Source: Candidatus Methanimicrococcus odontotermitis (lineage in GTDB: Archaea; Halobacteriota; Methanosarcinia; Methanosarcinales; Methanosarcinaceae). From it: a stretch of 64,000 nt of DNA. The DNA lies in the NCBI GenBank assembly GCA_031286065.1, contig JAITUZ010000040.1:3262-67261 (forward strand). Direction: 5' to 3'. A program made the position numbers and the translations under genes. The first letter of the stretch is position 1; every line of letters starts with the position of its first letter. This document shows, piece after piece, positions 1 through 9,107 of this stretch. Under the pieces are notes generated by a model. It did not search any database and was not told the DNA's origin. It saw only the letters and a list, made by a program, of their open reading frames with translations.

Positions 1-596
1 GACGGTTCGTACTGTGTACAGAAAAAATATTTTTTTGACTTGACAAAAAAATAAATGTTTTCAAAATTTACTGAAAAACGGTCTTTGACCGATTCCGGAA
101 TTGCATTTGTTTTTTCCCAAATGATTTTTGATCTCAGAATCCAGCCGCGATTTACCATCTCGATTGCAAACCGTTCCGGAATGAGTAAAGCCGTTTTTGG
201 CTTCACTGCAATCCCGTCTTCCAAATCTTTTGGGGATAAATAAACATGTTTCCGGTAAACAGGAACGTCCCGAACAGGGCATGTTGATGAATATGCCGTT
301 TCCGAAAAAGATTTTCCTCCAGAGATCATTTTTGATCTCCCAGACGCTGTGCTGTATGTGTCGCCAATAACAACGAACAGTGTTCCGGATTTTTTGAGCA
401 CATTCCGGCATTCGTCAAAAACGGAACATAAGTTATTCAGATAGTCCTGAACCGTAAGCTCCAGCCCGAGCTGCCCGTCTGTTCCATAATCTCTTTGCAG
501 AAAATAAGGCGGTGATGTGACAATGCAATCAACAGATTCCTTAGGCAATTCCGGAAGCAAAACTCTGCAGTCTCCAATTACACACTTCCCGTTCAT
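1..596 (-). CDS. DNA amino-methyltransferase (N4-cytosine/N6-adenine, beta class), partial; runs off window start and is missing from the ORF track
   Basis: Manual translation from ATG at 596: MNGKCVIGDCRVLLPELPKESVDCIVTSPPYFLQRDYG...GWILRSKIIWEKTNAIPESVKDRF; TSPPY catalytic motif; open to base 1; ATGA overlap with the C5 MTase stop. Confidence 0.9.
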   Translation of the reverse strand, partial: MNGKCVIGDCRVLLPELPKESVDCIVTSPPYFLQRDYGTDGQLGLELTVQDYLNNLCSVFDECRNVLKKSGTLFVVIGDTYSTASGRSKMISGGKSFSETAYSSTCPVRDVPVYRKHVYLSPKDLEDGIAVKPKTALLIPERFAIEMVNRGWILRSKIIWEKTNAIPESVKDRFSVNFENIYFFVKSKKYFFCTQYEP

Positions 597-2131
597 ATTA
601 CCAGCTCCTTTTCAAGTTCTGACATCGTCACAATTCTACGACCGCACTGTTCCGGCAAATTCGCACGGATAAGAGCCTCAGCGAGCTGAGGACAAACGCT
701 GTTTCCGCATCGTGCGATTTGCGCCGCTTTGGATGCAGGTTTGCCGCTGACTGTATAATCTATGACATAATCCGCCGGAAATCCCTGAGCGTTGAAAAGT
801 TCGCGAGGCGTTAACATCCGCATTCCGATGTCTGAAATCACATACTGAAGCCCGTTTAGGTTGAGGATCCCGATATCATCCGCTGCCTTTCCGCAGTATC
901 TCTCCAGGAACGTCCGGACCTCGCCGAAATGGACAGTGCTTGAGCAAATCGTCTGAAGCGGCTCATCGGCGGCTTGACCGATATTGTTGCCTTTGAATTT
1001 GATAACGTGTGCGGCGACCAAAGAATGATGATCAACCGCTGTCACTGTTCCGAGCGGTGCATCTAAACTGCTTCCTTTTCCGGTATATCCCCCGCCGAAA
1101 TTTTTTGCAATGAACGTCACGATGGCGGCGGCGAATTTGTTTCCTTCAGCCGTTATTGTCCCAAGCGGCCTGTTTAAATCCAAAACCCTCGGCTGTTGAC
1201 TATCTCGTTCCCCATATCCCATTTGGATTAATGTCGGCGTAACAACACATTGCTCTGCTTTTGATACAATTGTGCTCAGCGGTGCATCTATTGACCGTGA
1301 ACGATCTACAGAAAATCCGGTTTGACTGATTGAAATAATAAATGGATTAGGGTTATTGATTACAAATTTTTCCAATCCGCGGGCGATCCGCTTCAGCGTT
1401 GCTTCAGCGAGAGGTCGTATAGCTCGGATTCCGTATTTTTCTTTGATTTCGTCAGACGTGTCAAAAATCGACGGGCACGGAAGTGACCAATCAATAACTT
1501 CTGCGGCAGTTCTGTATGGAATCTTTCCATGTCCGTGAGTCGGCTCCGGCCAGCATATCGAATTGCCGTCTGATCGGGCAATCATGAAAAATCTTTTTCT
1601 GATCGTCGGCGTGCCATAGTCACATGCGCGGAGTTCTCTCCAGTCGACTGTATACCCCGAACTGATCAATGTGTTGACAAATTTGTTAAAAGTCAATCCT
1701 TCTTTTCCCTTGACCGGACGGCCGTCTTTAAGCGGCCCCCATGTTTTGAATTCTTCGACATTTTCAAGGATGATCACGCGCGGTTTGACCGCTGCAGCCC
1801 ATCGAGCCGCCACCCATGCCAAGCCGCGAATATTTTTTTCAGCTGGACGGCATCCGCGGGCTTTGCTGAAATGAGTGCAACTAGGGGAGAACCATGCAAG
1901 CATGACGGGGTTGCCGTTTGTCGCTTCTCGCGGATCAACGTCCCAAACCGATTCACATAAATGCCGCGTAAACGGATGATTGGCCTCATGCATGGCGATT
2001 GCGTCCTTGTCGTGGTTGATTGCCAAATCGACAGGCCGACTGAGGGCGAGTTCAATTCCTGTACTTGCTCCGCCGCCGCCTGCGAAATTATCGATGACTA
2101 AACCGTCATAGAAATTGATGCGGGACTGCAT
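593..2131 (-). CDS. DNA (cytosine-5) methyltransferase, phage-type with long repetitive variable region
   Basis: Motifs DNFAGGGG, SPSC, ENV, RKRF, GNSV; start taken at MQSRIN (2131), just after the upstream stop at 2136. Confidence 0.93.
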   Translation of the reverse strand: MQSRINFYDGLVIDNFAGGGGASTGIELALSRPVDLAINHDKDAIAMHEANHPFTRHLCESVWDVDPREATNGNPVMLAWFSPSCTHFSKARGCRPAEKNIRGLAWVAARWAAAVKPRVIILENVEEFKTWGPLKDGRPVKGKEGLTFNKFVNTLISSGYTVDWRELRACDYGTPTIRKRFFMIARSDGNSICWPEPTHGHGKIPYRTAAEVIDWSLPCPSIFDTSDEIKEKYGIRAIRPLAEATLKRIARGLEKFVINNPNPFIISISQTGFSVDRSRSIDAPLSTIVSKAEQCVVTPTLIQMGYGERDSQQPRVLDLNRPLGTITAEGNKFAAAIVTFIAKNFGGGYTGKGSSLDAPLGTVTAVDHHSLVAAHVIKFKGNNIGQAADEPLQTICSSTVHFGEVRTFLERYCGKAADDIGILNLNGLQYVISDIGMRMLTPRELFNAQGFPADYVIDYTVSGKPASKAAQIARCGNSVCPQLAEALIRANLPEQCGRRIVTMSELEKELVI

Positions 2132-2135
2132 GATT

Positions 2136-2741
2136 TTAGAAGACATTTGACTCATCCCCGCTTTTTTCAGGTTCAGTGTGCTTGAAGAAATCGCATGACT
2201 TTGACTCATTGTTCCATGAACAGTCTCCTCTGAGGTTGGCGGAACAAGCGGAGCACGGAAACAGTTCCACCCCGCAGTCTGCACATGTTCCGACCGCATC
2301 GCATGGAATTTCAGATTCGCCGCCGCAATGCTGACAGAATTCATCTGTCAAATTGTCGATCGTTGTGAACGCCCAAGAAACGTAAGCAGATGCGGATTTC
2401 GGGAGTTCGCAGATGATTTCAAAACCGAAGATAAACATGTCTTCTGAAACATATTCCGGAGCTTCGTTGTGATTCAAAACGTATGTCACTTTCACGAAAA
2501 GATAATGAAGAGAGGACATCAAACAAACGACATCTCCTTCAACCGGAACGGACTCTCTGTCATCTTTTCGGATTTCAAACAGTTTTCCTTTGTGGATTTC
2601 GTTGTACCAAAAATCCCGAATTTTATAAACGTGGAAGTGGTGGGATTCCGACATTTTTTTCTCTTTGAAATAGAGATATTCGAGAAGATTGAAGGCTTCT
2701 TTGAAGGAAAGGCCGCTCAACCGTTCTTCCGGCGCACTCAT
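2136..2741 (-). CDS. ASCH/PUA-like (DUF3850-like) protein with C-terminal Cys-rich Zn-finger
   Basis: KGKLFEIRKDDR...EGDVV resembles the DUF3850 GxKxFEIRxNDR...GD signature; C-terminal CQHC..CADC..CSAC. Confidence 0.6.
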   Translation of the reverse strand: MSAPEERLSGLSFKEAFNLLEYLYFKEKKMSESHHFHVYKIRDFWYNEIHKGKLFEIRKDDRESVPVEGDVVCLMSSLHYLFVKVTYVLNHNEAPEYVSEDMFIFGFEIICELPKSASAYVSWAFTTIDNLTDEFCQHCGGESEIPCDAVGTCADCGVELFPCSACSANLRGDCSWNNESKSCDFFKHTEPEKSGDESNVF

Positions 2742-3307
2742 GCGAAATACCCCCTGCTGTAGTCGCTCGGAAAATGAGAATAGATTGTGTGGAGTGCGTC
2801 TGCGATCTGAACTGTTGACAACACTTCGGTGTTAAAAATAACGTCATAAGCCGTTGTTTCAACAGTTACGCCGTAATTTAGTTCATGCCGGAGCAGTTCG
2901 TTTGATTCGCGAATTCGTGTAAATTCTTCGGCTTCTTCTTTCGTTAAATTGTCCCGTTTCGCAATCCTCGCTATCCGGACATCAAACGGTGCTTTTAAAC
3001 AAACGCGGAGAAATCCGCAAGGCTTTTGAATTTTTTCTGAAAGGATGAAATGACCTGTAAGCCGTCCCTCTAAGATTATACAATCCGAACTTCCGACACA
3101 TTTGATCAGTTGGTTATCTAATTCCGAATCGATTGAATAATCAGAATCGACCAGTCGGCTGAATTCTTCAAGAGACAGTTCCCTCTCAGCCGCTTTTTGA
3201 CGGAAGATCTGGCCGGCAGAAATGATGTGATAGTCTGTTAAGTCAGAAAGCGCGTTTGCAACCGATGTTGTTCCGGAACCCGGCAATCCGCTGATTGTAA
3301 TGATCAT
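2738..3307 (-). CDS. cmk: archaeal-type cytidylate kinase (Cmk) paralog
   Basis: MIITISGLPGSGTTS Walker A, SAGQIFRQKA, ILEGRL, LKAPFDVRIARIAKRD. Confidence 0.85.
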   Translation of the reverse strand: MIITISGLPGSGTTSVANALSDLTDYHIISAGQIFRQKAAERELSLEEFSRLVDSDYSIDSELDNQLIKCVGSSDCIILEGRLTGHFILSEKIQKPCGFLRVCLKAPFDVRIARIAKRDNLTKEEAEEFTRIRESNELLRHELNYGVTVETTAYDVIFNTEVLSTVQIADALHTIYSHFPSDYSRGYFA

Positions 3308-3486
3308 TGGGAATCACCGCCTGTTTTTGCCGTGTCGGCGTAATCGGTTATGCCGAAATATTCCCGTTTCAGTTCATATTCATTACATTTTTCGGGATAA
3401 GAATAAGGGCAATGAGAATAGCGTGTGATTTTCGGATGAGAACAGCGTCCGCTCTCCGATACGCAAAATTTACAAGATAAGAGCAT
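3304..3486 (-). CDS. small Cys-rich hypothetical protein
   Basis: CKFC..C..C..C; ATGA-coupled to cmk. Confidence 0.6.
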   Translation of the reverse strand: MLLSCKFCVSESGRCSHPKITRYSHCPYSYPEKCNEYELKREYFGITDYADTAKTGGDSQ

Positions 3487-3496
3487 GGTGACCGCC

Positions 3497-3748
3497 TTAT
3501 TCCTCTGCAGACATTAATCTGTCAAGCGTGTTGTTTTTGCAGATGATCAGCGCCGGATCGCAGACCGGGTATTTCAAAATGTGAACCGGCCTTTCAAGCT
3601 GCTCTTTTATTTTCTCTTGCTCGTTGACGGCATGGATTTTGTTTGCGAAAACGCCTTTAATCATGCTGTCAAATAGGATGAGAGGGTCTTGATCCTCAGC
3701 CACGTTTTCGACCGGACGGGAATCGAAAAGGATGTAAACGAAGGCCAT
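3497..3748 (-). CDS. hypothetical protein (element-borne)
   Basis: TAATG coupling to the upstream ORF; GAGGTG RBS-like sequence. Confidence 0.65.
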   Translation of the reverse strand: MAFVYILFDSRPVENVAEDQDPLILFDSMIKGVFANKIHAVNEQEKIKEQLERPVHILKYPVCDPALIICKNNTLDRLMSAEE

Positions 3749-3945
3749 TACATCACCTCTTCTTTTGTCAAAATCTCATACATGCGTTGAAGCGATTCGA
3801 TCTGAGTCATCAGTCTGACGTATTCTGATCTTGACCGCTCCAGGCGTTTAACGCGTCTTTTAATTTCTTGCTTTTTCGTTTTTTCGAGTAATGACAAACC
3901 GTCGATTTGGTCCTTAAGATAAGACTGGAGCAACGAATCAGACAT
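3748..3945 (-). CDS. small coiled-coil hypothetical protein
   Basis: GGTGAG RBS before ATG at 3945 (MSDSLLQ...); heptad-like charged sequence. Confidence 0.6.
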   Translation of the reverse strand: MSDSLLQSYLKDQIDGLSLLEKTKKQEIKRRVKRLERSRSEYVRLMTQIESLQRMYEILTKEEVM

Positions 3946-4105
3946 AAGACTCACCTGCCCTTCCAAAATTGTCCATGCCTTTCGGCACGGACTTGTTTCG
4001 GAGGTTTATTGTGTTTTTACAGAGAGGTGGGGTTTGTGTAATATCGCGGCGATTGAAGGCCGCGATAAGTGTGAGTTCGGCTTTAGTTCCGGAGAAGATG
4101 ATCAT
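3938..4105 (-). CDS. 55-aa hypothetical protein (below the ORF-track cutoff)
   Basis: MIIFSGTKAELTLIAAFNRRDITQTPPLCKNTINLRNKSVPKGMDNFGRAGESYV; ATGA overlap with the 4102 stop; fills the gap in the operon. Confidence 0.5.
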   Translation of the reverse strand: MIIFSGTKAELTLIAAFNRRDITQTPPLCKNTINLRNKSVPKGMDNFGRAGESYV

Positions 4106-4473
4106 TCTGAGATCACCAGCCGGTCATAGATGGATTCCGGACAGTAACCGGCCAGTGTTGCAAGGAGATCTCGAACGTTATTTTTTGATTTATCCGATTC
4201 TGCCGTAATGAATAAATCAGGATATTCGTAGTCGTGGTAATCGGCAGGACAGGACAAGGCGTCTTCAAAGATGTCGCGTGCAACGTCAGTCAGTTTACAA
4301 TCAGAGGGCCAGACCAAAGCGGGAAGGAGATCGTCTACATCCCTGAAAAAGACATCTGCTGTAAAATTCGTTTCGAGTTCAAAAACGTCCGAAAGTTTTT
4401 TGATGTTTTCAAAGGCGTTTTCAGGTTGGTTGTTTTGGGAAGCGGAGCTTCCGCTGTTTGATGTTTGTGCCAT
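4102..4473 (-). CDS. acidic hypothetical protein, first gene of the element operon
   Basis: 123-aa ORF downstream of a TATA-like sequence at ~4564-4570. Confidence 0.65.
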   Translation of the reverse strand: MAQTSNSGSSASQNNQPENAFENIKKLSDVFELETNFTADVFFRDVDDLLPALVWPSDCKLTDVARDIFEDALSCPADYHDYEYPDLFITAESDKSKNNVRDLLATLAGYCPESIYDRLVISE

Positions 4474-4521
4474 ATTCCGCAGTCCAAAGATTTTGGATTA
4501 AATATTAAATTTGATTCAAAG

Positions 4522-4570
4522 TGTTCAACGGCTAATTGAACAATCGTTAAATTTATTTAATCGTATAAAT
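4522..4570 (-). promoter_or_regulatory. putative promoter of the element operon with an inverted-repeat operator
   Basis: TTTATA box (minus strand, ~4564-4570) and TGTTCAA-N7-TTGAACA at 4522-4542 near the expected start site. Confidence 0.45.
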
Positions 4571-4602
4571 AGTTTTGTGAAAAAATCGAACAAAAATAAA
4601 AA

Positions 4603-4634
4603 AAAGAGGAACACAAAAACTTGTGTTCCTCTTT
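4603..4634 (-). terminator. hairpin followed by a T-tract downstream of tRNA-Ala
   Basis: AAAGAGGAACACAA-AAAC-TTGTGTTCCTCTTT, perfect 14-bp stem. Confidence 0.6.
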
Positions 4635-4666
4635 GACCCGTAACTTCTACTGATTACGTTTTCCAC

Positions 4667-4738
4667 TGGACTGATCGGGAATTGAACCCGAGGCCTCTAC
4701 CATGCCAAGGTAGCGATCTTCCGCTGATCTACCAGCCC
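4667..4738 (-). tRNA. tRNA-Ala(GGC)
   Basis: Cloverleaf GGGCTGG...CTACC-TTGGCAT-GGTAG...TTCAATT...CAGTCCA; G3:U70. Confidence 0.95.
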
Positions 4739-4978
4739 GTATTGTAAGAAAATAAATAAAAATTACATTAAATAAAATTACTTCCGCCGCCCGAATTTAC
4801 ACAAAACTCAGGTAAACGTTGCGGATAACACAATGGATAATTGCTATAAATAAGTGTCGATTCGGTACAGTGATTCGGTCTGTCGAAAAACAGAAGAAAC
4901 AGCGCATGTCAAAACCTTTAAATATCAAAATACATATTAGTGGATTGTTGTTTCATGAGCATTCAACAAAAACAATTT

Positions 4979-5052
4979 GGGCCCGTAGCTTAGCTCGGTG
5001 GAGCGTTCGGCTGATAACCGAAAGGTCCTGCGTTCGAATCGCAGCGGGCCCA
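4979..5052 (+). tRNA. tRNA-Ile(GAT)
   Basis: GGGCCCG...TTCGG-CTGATAA-CCGAA...TTCGAAT...CGGGCCCA. Confidence 0.96.
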
Positions 5053-5451
5053 TTTTTCTTTTTTAGAATTATGTCTTAACAATGATATTTAACGGTAATT
5101 TTATATTTATGTTACACTTTCATTTCAATTTTTTGAAGAATTGTATTTTTCAGCCAATATTTCTTAAAGAGCCCGATATTAATTTGCAGAATATAAATTG
5201 ATTTAATGAATAAAAACAGTTATATTAATTGGAAATTAGTTTTAATAACAGATAAGAATAAATAATATAAGATAATAATTATTATTTGCCTATGATTTAT
5301 CTGAAAATATGATTGATTTGAGAAAGACTCAAAAGAATCATTTATTTCAGGAGACAAAGATTGCATCAGTTTTTAAAAACGATAGCAATAACAATTGCAT
5401 AAAAATGGCAAAAACGAATAAAAACGAAATGACTTAAATTGAGGAACAATA

Positions 5452-5814
5452 ATGAGTGAACAGTATATTAGTAAAGATCCTGAAATGGTGGATCTGTTGA
5501 GAAAATTAGATATCAGCCGACCTGTTGCAAAAACCTTGTCATGTTTATCTAACGGAAAGGAATTAACATCTCATTCTATTGAAATTTCATCCGGTCTCAG
5601 ACAGCCTGAAGTCAGTATTGCCATGCGTTATCTGAAAAACAACAATTGGGTCGAGATCCGAGAAGAAAAAAGAGACAACGGAAAAGGAAGACCTGTAAAA
5701 TATTACAAGCTGACTGTTCCGATGGACAAAATCATTGAAAAAATTGAAGAAAATATTCTTGAAGAAAGAAAAATGATTTTGAGAAACATCGAAGAATTAA
5801 AGCGACTCTCTTAA
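5452..5814 (+). CDS. winged-HTH transcriptional regulator (methanogen family)
   Basis: LRQPEVSIAM helix, KGRPVKYYKL wing. Confidence 0.85.
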   Translation: MSEQYISKDPEMVDLLRKLDISRPVAKTLSCLSNGKELTSHSIEISSGLRQPEVSIAMRYLKNNNWVEIREEKRDNGKGRPVKYYKLTVPMDKIIEKIEENILEERKMILRNIEELKRLS

Positions 5815-5966
5815 TTCTTTCACTTTCTTTTACTTTCGTATTCTTTTGCGAAACAAAAAACTCTTTAAATCTAACCGTTTTTCATTTTTTATGATTTATT
5901 AAAAGCCGAAGAGCTGAGCTTCTCAGCGGAAAAAGAGATTTTCAGTTTGCGGCGGGAAAAAAGATT

Positions 5967-7328
5967 TCAGTTCGTTAAAGATTGGATCGGTGCCGGAATA
6001 CGCCCGCCGCGTTTAATAAACTCCTCGGAGCTGAAAGCTGAGACACTCATAACGGGCGCCGAGCCTAAAAGACCCCCGAACTTGACCGAGTCGCCGACTT
6101 TCTTTCCGACAGCCGGTATAACACGAACAGCGGTTGTTTTCTTATTGATGACTCCGATTGCCATTTCATCCGCGATGATGGCAGAAAGCGTTGAAGCGGA
6201 AGTGTCGCCGGGAACGGCAATCATATCCAGTCCGACTGAGCAGACACAAGTCATCGCCTCCAATTTTTCAAGAGAAAGAGCGCCGTCTTCAACGGCGCGG
6301 ATCATTCCGGCATCTTCGCTGACAGGAATAAAAGCACCGCTTAAACCGCCGACAGAAGAGGAAGCCATTGCGCCGCCTTTTTTAACGGCATCGTTTAAAA
6401 GAGCCAAGGCGGCGGTCGTTCCGTGCGTTCCGCAGCGTTCTAAGCCCATCGCTTCCAGAATTTCCGCGACGCTGTCACCGACAGCCGGCGTCGGCGCTAA
6501 AGAAATATCAACAACGCCGAATTCAACATTCAATCTTTGAGAAACTTCACGCGCCGCCATTTCACCCATTCGCGTGATCTTAAAAGCGGTTTTTTTGATT
6601 TCTTCGGAGATTTCCCCGAGCGTCGGGTTTTTAAGTCTCCGGACAGCCGAATTAACGACACCCGGACCGCTGACGCCGGCATTAATAACGCATTCGGCTT
6701 CGCCGATGCCATGAAAAGCGCCCGCCATGAACGGATTATCATCCGGCGCGTTGGCGAAAATCACCAGTTTGGCGCAGCCGATGCTGTCCGTATCCGCCGT
6801 CAGTTCCGCCGTCTTTTTAATAATACCGCCGATCAGCGCGACGGCATCCATATTGATACCGGCTTTAGAGCTTGCCAAATTCACGGAGGAGCAAACGCGA
6901 TTCGTTTTTGCCAGCGCTTCCGGAATAGATTCGATCAGCCGGCGGTCACCGTTTGTCATGCCTTTTTGAACCAAAGCGCTGAAACCGCCGATGAAATTAA
7001 CGCCGACTTCTTCGGCGGCTTTATCCAATGTTCGGGCAACGGAGACAAAATCAGGGCTTTCACAGGCTTCGGCGGCGATTGCGACCGGAGTTACAGAAAT
7101 GCGTTTGTTGATGATCGGAATGCCGTAGAAGTCTTCAACCATTTCGGCTGTGCTGACCAAATTCTCAGCTTTGCCGACAATTTTTTCATAAATATTCTGA
7201 TTAAAAATATCAATATCGGGGTGAGAACAATCTCTTAAACTGATGCCCATTGTCACGGTTCGTATGTCTAAATTTTCCATTCGGACCATTTCGATGGTTT
7301 CCAAGATTTCTTCAGATGTCAGATACAT
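5967..7328 (-). CDS. UPF0210/DUF711 (PFL-like fold) protein
   Basis: [43 protein letters not shown]. Confidence 0.92.
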   Translation of the reverse strand: MYLTSEEILETIEMVRMENLDIRTVTMGISLRDCSHPDIDIFNQNIYEKIVGKAENLVSTAEMVEDFYGIPIINKRISVTPVAIAAEACESPDFVSVARTLDKAAEEVGVNFIGGFSALVQKGMTNGDRRLIESIPEALAKTNRVCSSVNLASSKAGINMDAVALIGGIIKKTAELTADTDSIGCAKLVIFANAPDDNPFMAGAFHGIGEAECVINAGVSGPGVVNSAVRRLKNPTLGEISEEIKKTAFKITRMGEMAAREVSQRLNVEFGVVDISLAPTPAVGDSVAEILEAMGLERCGTHGTTAALALLNDAVKKGGAMASSSVGGLSGAFIPVSEDAGMIRAVEDGALSLEKLEAMTCVCSVGLDMIAVPGDTSASTLSAIIADEMAIGVINKKTTAVRVIPAVGKKVGDSVKFGGLLGSAPVMSVSAFSSEEFIKRGGRIPAPIQSLTN

Positions 7329-7436
7329 AAAAGTCAGTTCCTTGAGTCGATGTTAAAAGTCGGTTCCTTGAGTCGATGTTAAAAGTCAGTTCCTTGATTC
7401 AATGTTAAAAGTCAGTTCCTTAATCCAATATTAAAA
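7329..7436. repeat. four tandem 26-bp repeats between the ACT and UPF0210 genes
   Basis: Unit AAAAGTCAGTTCCTTGAGTCGATGTT, degenerating to the right; no spacers. Confidence 0.9.
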
Positions 7437-7443
7437 TTTTGAA

Positions 7444-7722
7444 TTAAATGCGGTGCATGTACCTGAAAACATCTTCGTGCTGAACACGGATTTCGACTTT
7501 AAGATCCTGACCGGCATCGGTCATTTTTTCCTGAAAATCTTTTAAAATGAAATTTTCATTTTTAACTTCGCCGATCATGAGCATGGTAAAAATATCTTCC
7601 ATAAGCGTTTGACGAATATCGATAATATTGACGCCGAAATCCGACATCACACGTGTCACGCCCGCGACAATGCCGACCGTATCGACACCGATGACTGTAA
7701 TAACAAAACGATCTGTTTTCAT
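7444..7722 (-). CDS. ACT domain protein (UPF0237)
   Basis: ITVIGVDTVGIVAGVT...NIIDIRQT...EDVFRYMHRI; usual partner of UPF0210. Confidence 0.9.
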   Translation of the reverse strand: MKTDRFVITVIGVDTVGIVAGVTRVMSDFGVNIIDIRQTLMEDIFTMLMIGEVKNENFILKDFQEKMTDAGQDLKVEIRVQHEDVFRYMHRI

Positions 7723-7907
7723 GTTTATTTTCCTGACGAATGTGTAAAAGTAAAGTTACCGCTTACAAATTTTGCAATAAGATAAACCTTCAAACGATTT
7801 AAAGTATATATCCGTTTTTCAAATAAAAGAAGCTTTGAGTAAAAAGTCTAATCTGTGTAAAAAAACAGACATCTTGTGTAAAAAGTCCAAATGTTTAGAG
7901 CTCTTTC

Positions 7908-9107
7908 TTAAAAATTATCAAGAAGTTCTAAAAGAGTGGCTGTTGGAGCTCTGCAAATAGCATCTAATTCCATTTTACATAAGTTTCCAATTGTCAAATA
8001 GTACATAATATCTTCATCTGAAATACTATCTTTAACACATACTAAACTCTCAATGTCCTTCCGAGTTTTATTTTTTAAACCTACTGTTTCAATATGATTT
8101 AAATTTAAGACGAGATCGCCACACTTACAAAATGATTCAAGTTCTTGTTCTATCTCTTGCATAAGTTTTTCAAAATCGTCTTTATTTGGACTTATAAGAA
8201 GATATGTTTCTAAAATTCTTTTAGATGAAAGTGCCTCATTATATTCGTGATATAATATAGGGTGATTGTGAGCAACCTAACATCTAATTCGATACAAATA
8301 CGCCCAAACCTCTTGAAAATTTTCAGGAAGGGAAATATATTTTGAAAAGAAACGATCCCAATTAGATATAGGTAACAAAGATTTTTTTACATCATCTATA
8401 TCTTTTGAATCAATAATAATTGAAATTATTTGGTCACGCGTCGATTGTTTCGAATAATCAATGTTTGCACTTTGAAATTCATCAAAAAGAAAGCTTGACA
8501 AATGGATAAAATCTATACAATACATAGATAAATGCTTCATTTCATTTCCATTTATTAATTTTAATGGCATATGATCAATTGGTCGTGGATGATTTTTATT
8601 AATATGACAGGTAATAATCTATCTAAGTTTATTTTCGAGTTCAAACAAATGTGGGTAGATTTTACAACACAAACTTTTACCGAAATCATCATTAATTCTC
8701 ACATATTCAATATCTTTAATTATGTCTGTTGATTCTGATAGTGGATCAACACCATTAATTAAATCAATGACGCCTTCAAAATTTTGAATAAATTCATGAA
8801 AATTTATTAAATGTTCTTCATTGTTTTCTTCAAGAAGAGTTAATTTAATATTGATTATGTAATCGGATTCTGAAGCACATTCCCATCCGGATTGTTTTAA
8901 TTCGATAGATATTGATTCAGAAACCAAACCAAGATAGTATTTTACATGTATTGTGTGAATATTGTCTTCTAATATTTCCAATGAATCCGAATCAGAGTCA
9001 ATTTCTGCAGGGTCTTCAAATGATTCTTCCATTTTTCTCAAAATGTGTGGTAATAATTTTAGTGGATGAGTTGCATTCACACTAATTAAGTATTCAACTA
9101 TTGCCAT
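7908..9107 (-). CDS. HEPN-domain nuclease (ApeA/Swt1-like), 399 aa, with two in-frame TAG codons (codons 163 and 277); probable pyrrolysine read-through, alternatively a pseudogene
   Basis: Track ORFs 8619-9107, 8277-8570 and 7908-8162 share one frame; the only interruptions are TAG at 8619-8621 and 8277-8279. Joined protein: IYPHLFELENKLR*II...SNWDRFFSKYI...WAYLYRIRC*VAHN (RxxxxH). Confidence 0.8.

Larger units (their letters stand above)
1..4666. mobile_element. arm of an integrated provirus/ICE-like element at the tRNA-Ala 3' end
   Basis: Co-directional, tightly coupled small ORFs plus orphan-like MTases directly downstream of a tRNA; integrase and second att not in the window. Confidence 0.75.

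Noticed and set aside
61-411. 116-aa minus-strand track ORF
   Set aside because: Alternative frame of the real amino-MTase (start 596), which has no stop inside the window
2132-2344. N-terminal extension of the C5-MTase ORF
   Set aside because: Overlaps the upstream gene; MTase motif I begins just after the Met at 2131
4819-5079. 86-aa ORF
   Set aside because: Overlaps tRNA-Ile; similarly 24918-25109 overlaps tRNA-Arg and a low-complexity tract
7329-7436. Possible CRISPR array
   Set aside because: Repeats are head-to-tail with no spacers, and there are no cas genes
7908-9107. Three independent small genes
   Set aside because: Same frame, joined by open sequence, with the RxxxxH motif spanning a TAG; a simple pseudogene remains possible but is less favoured
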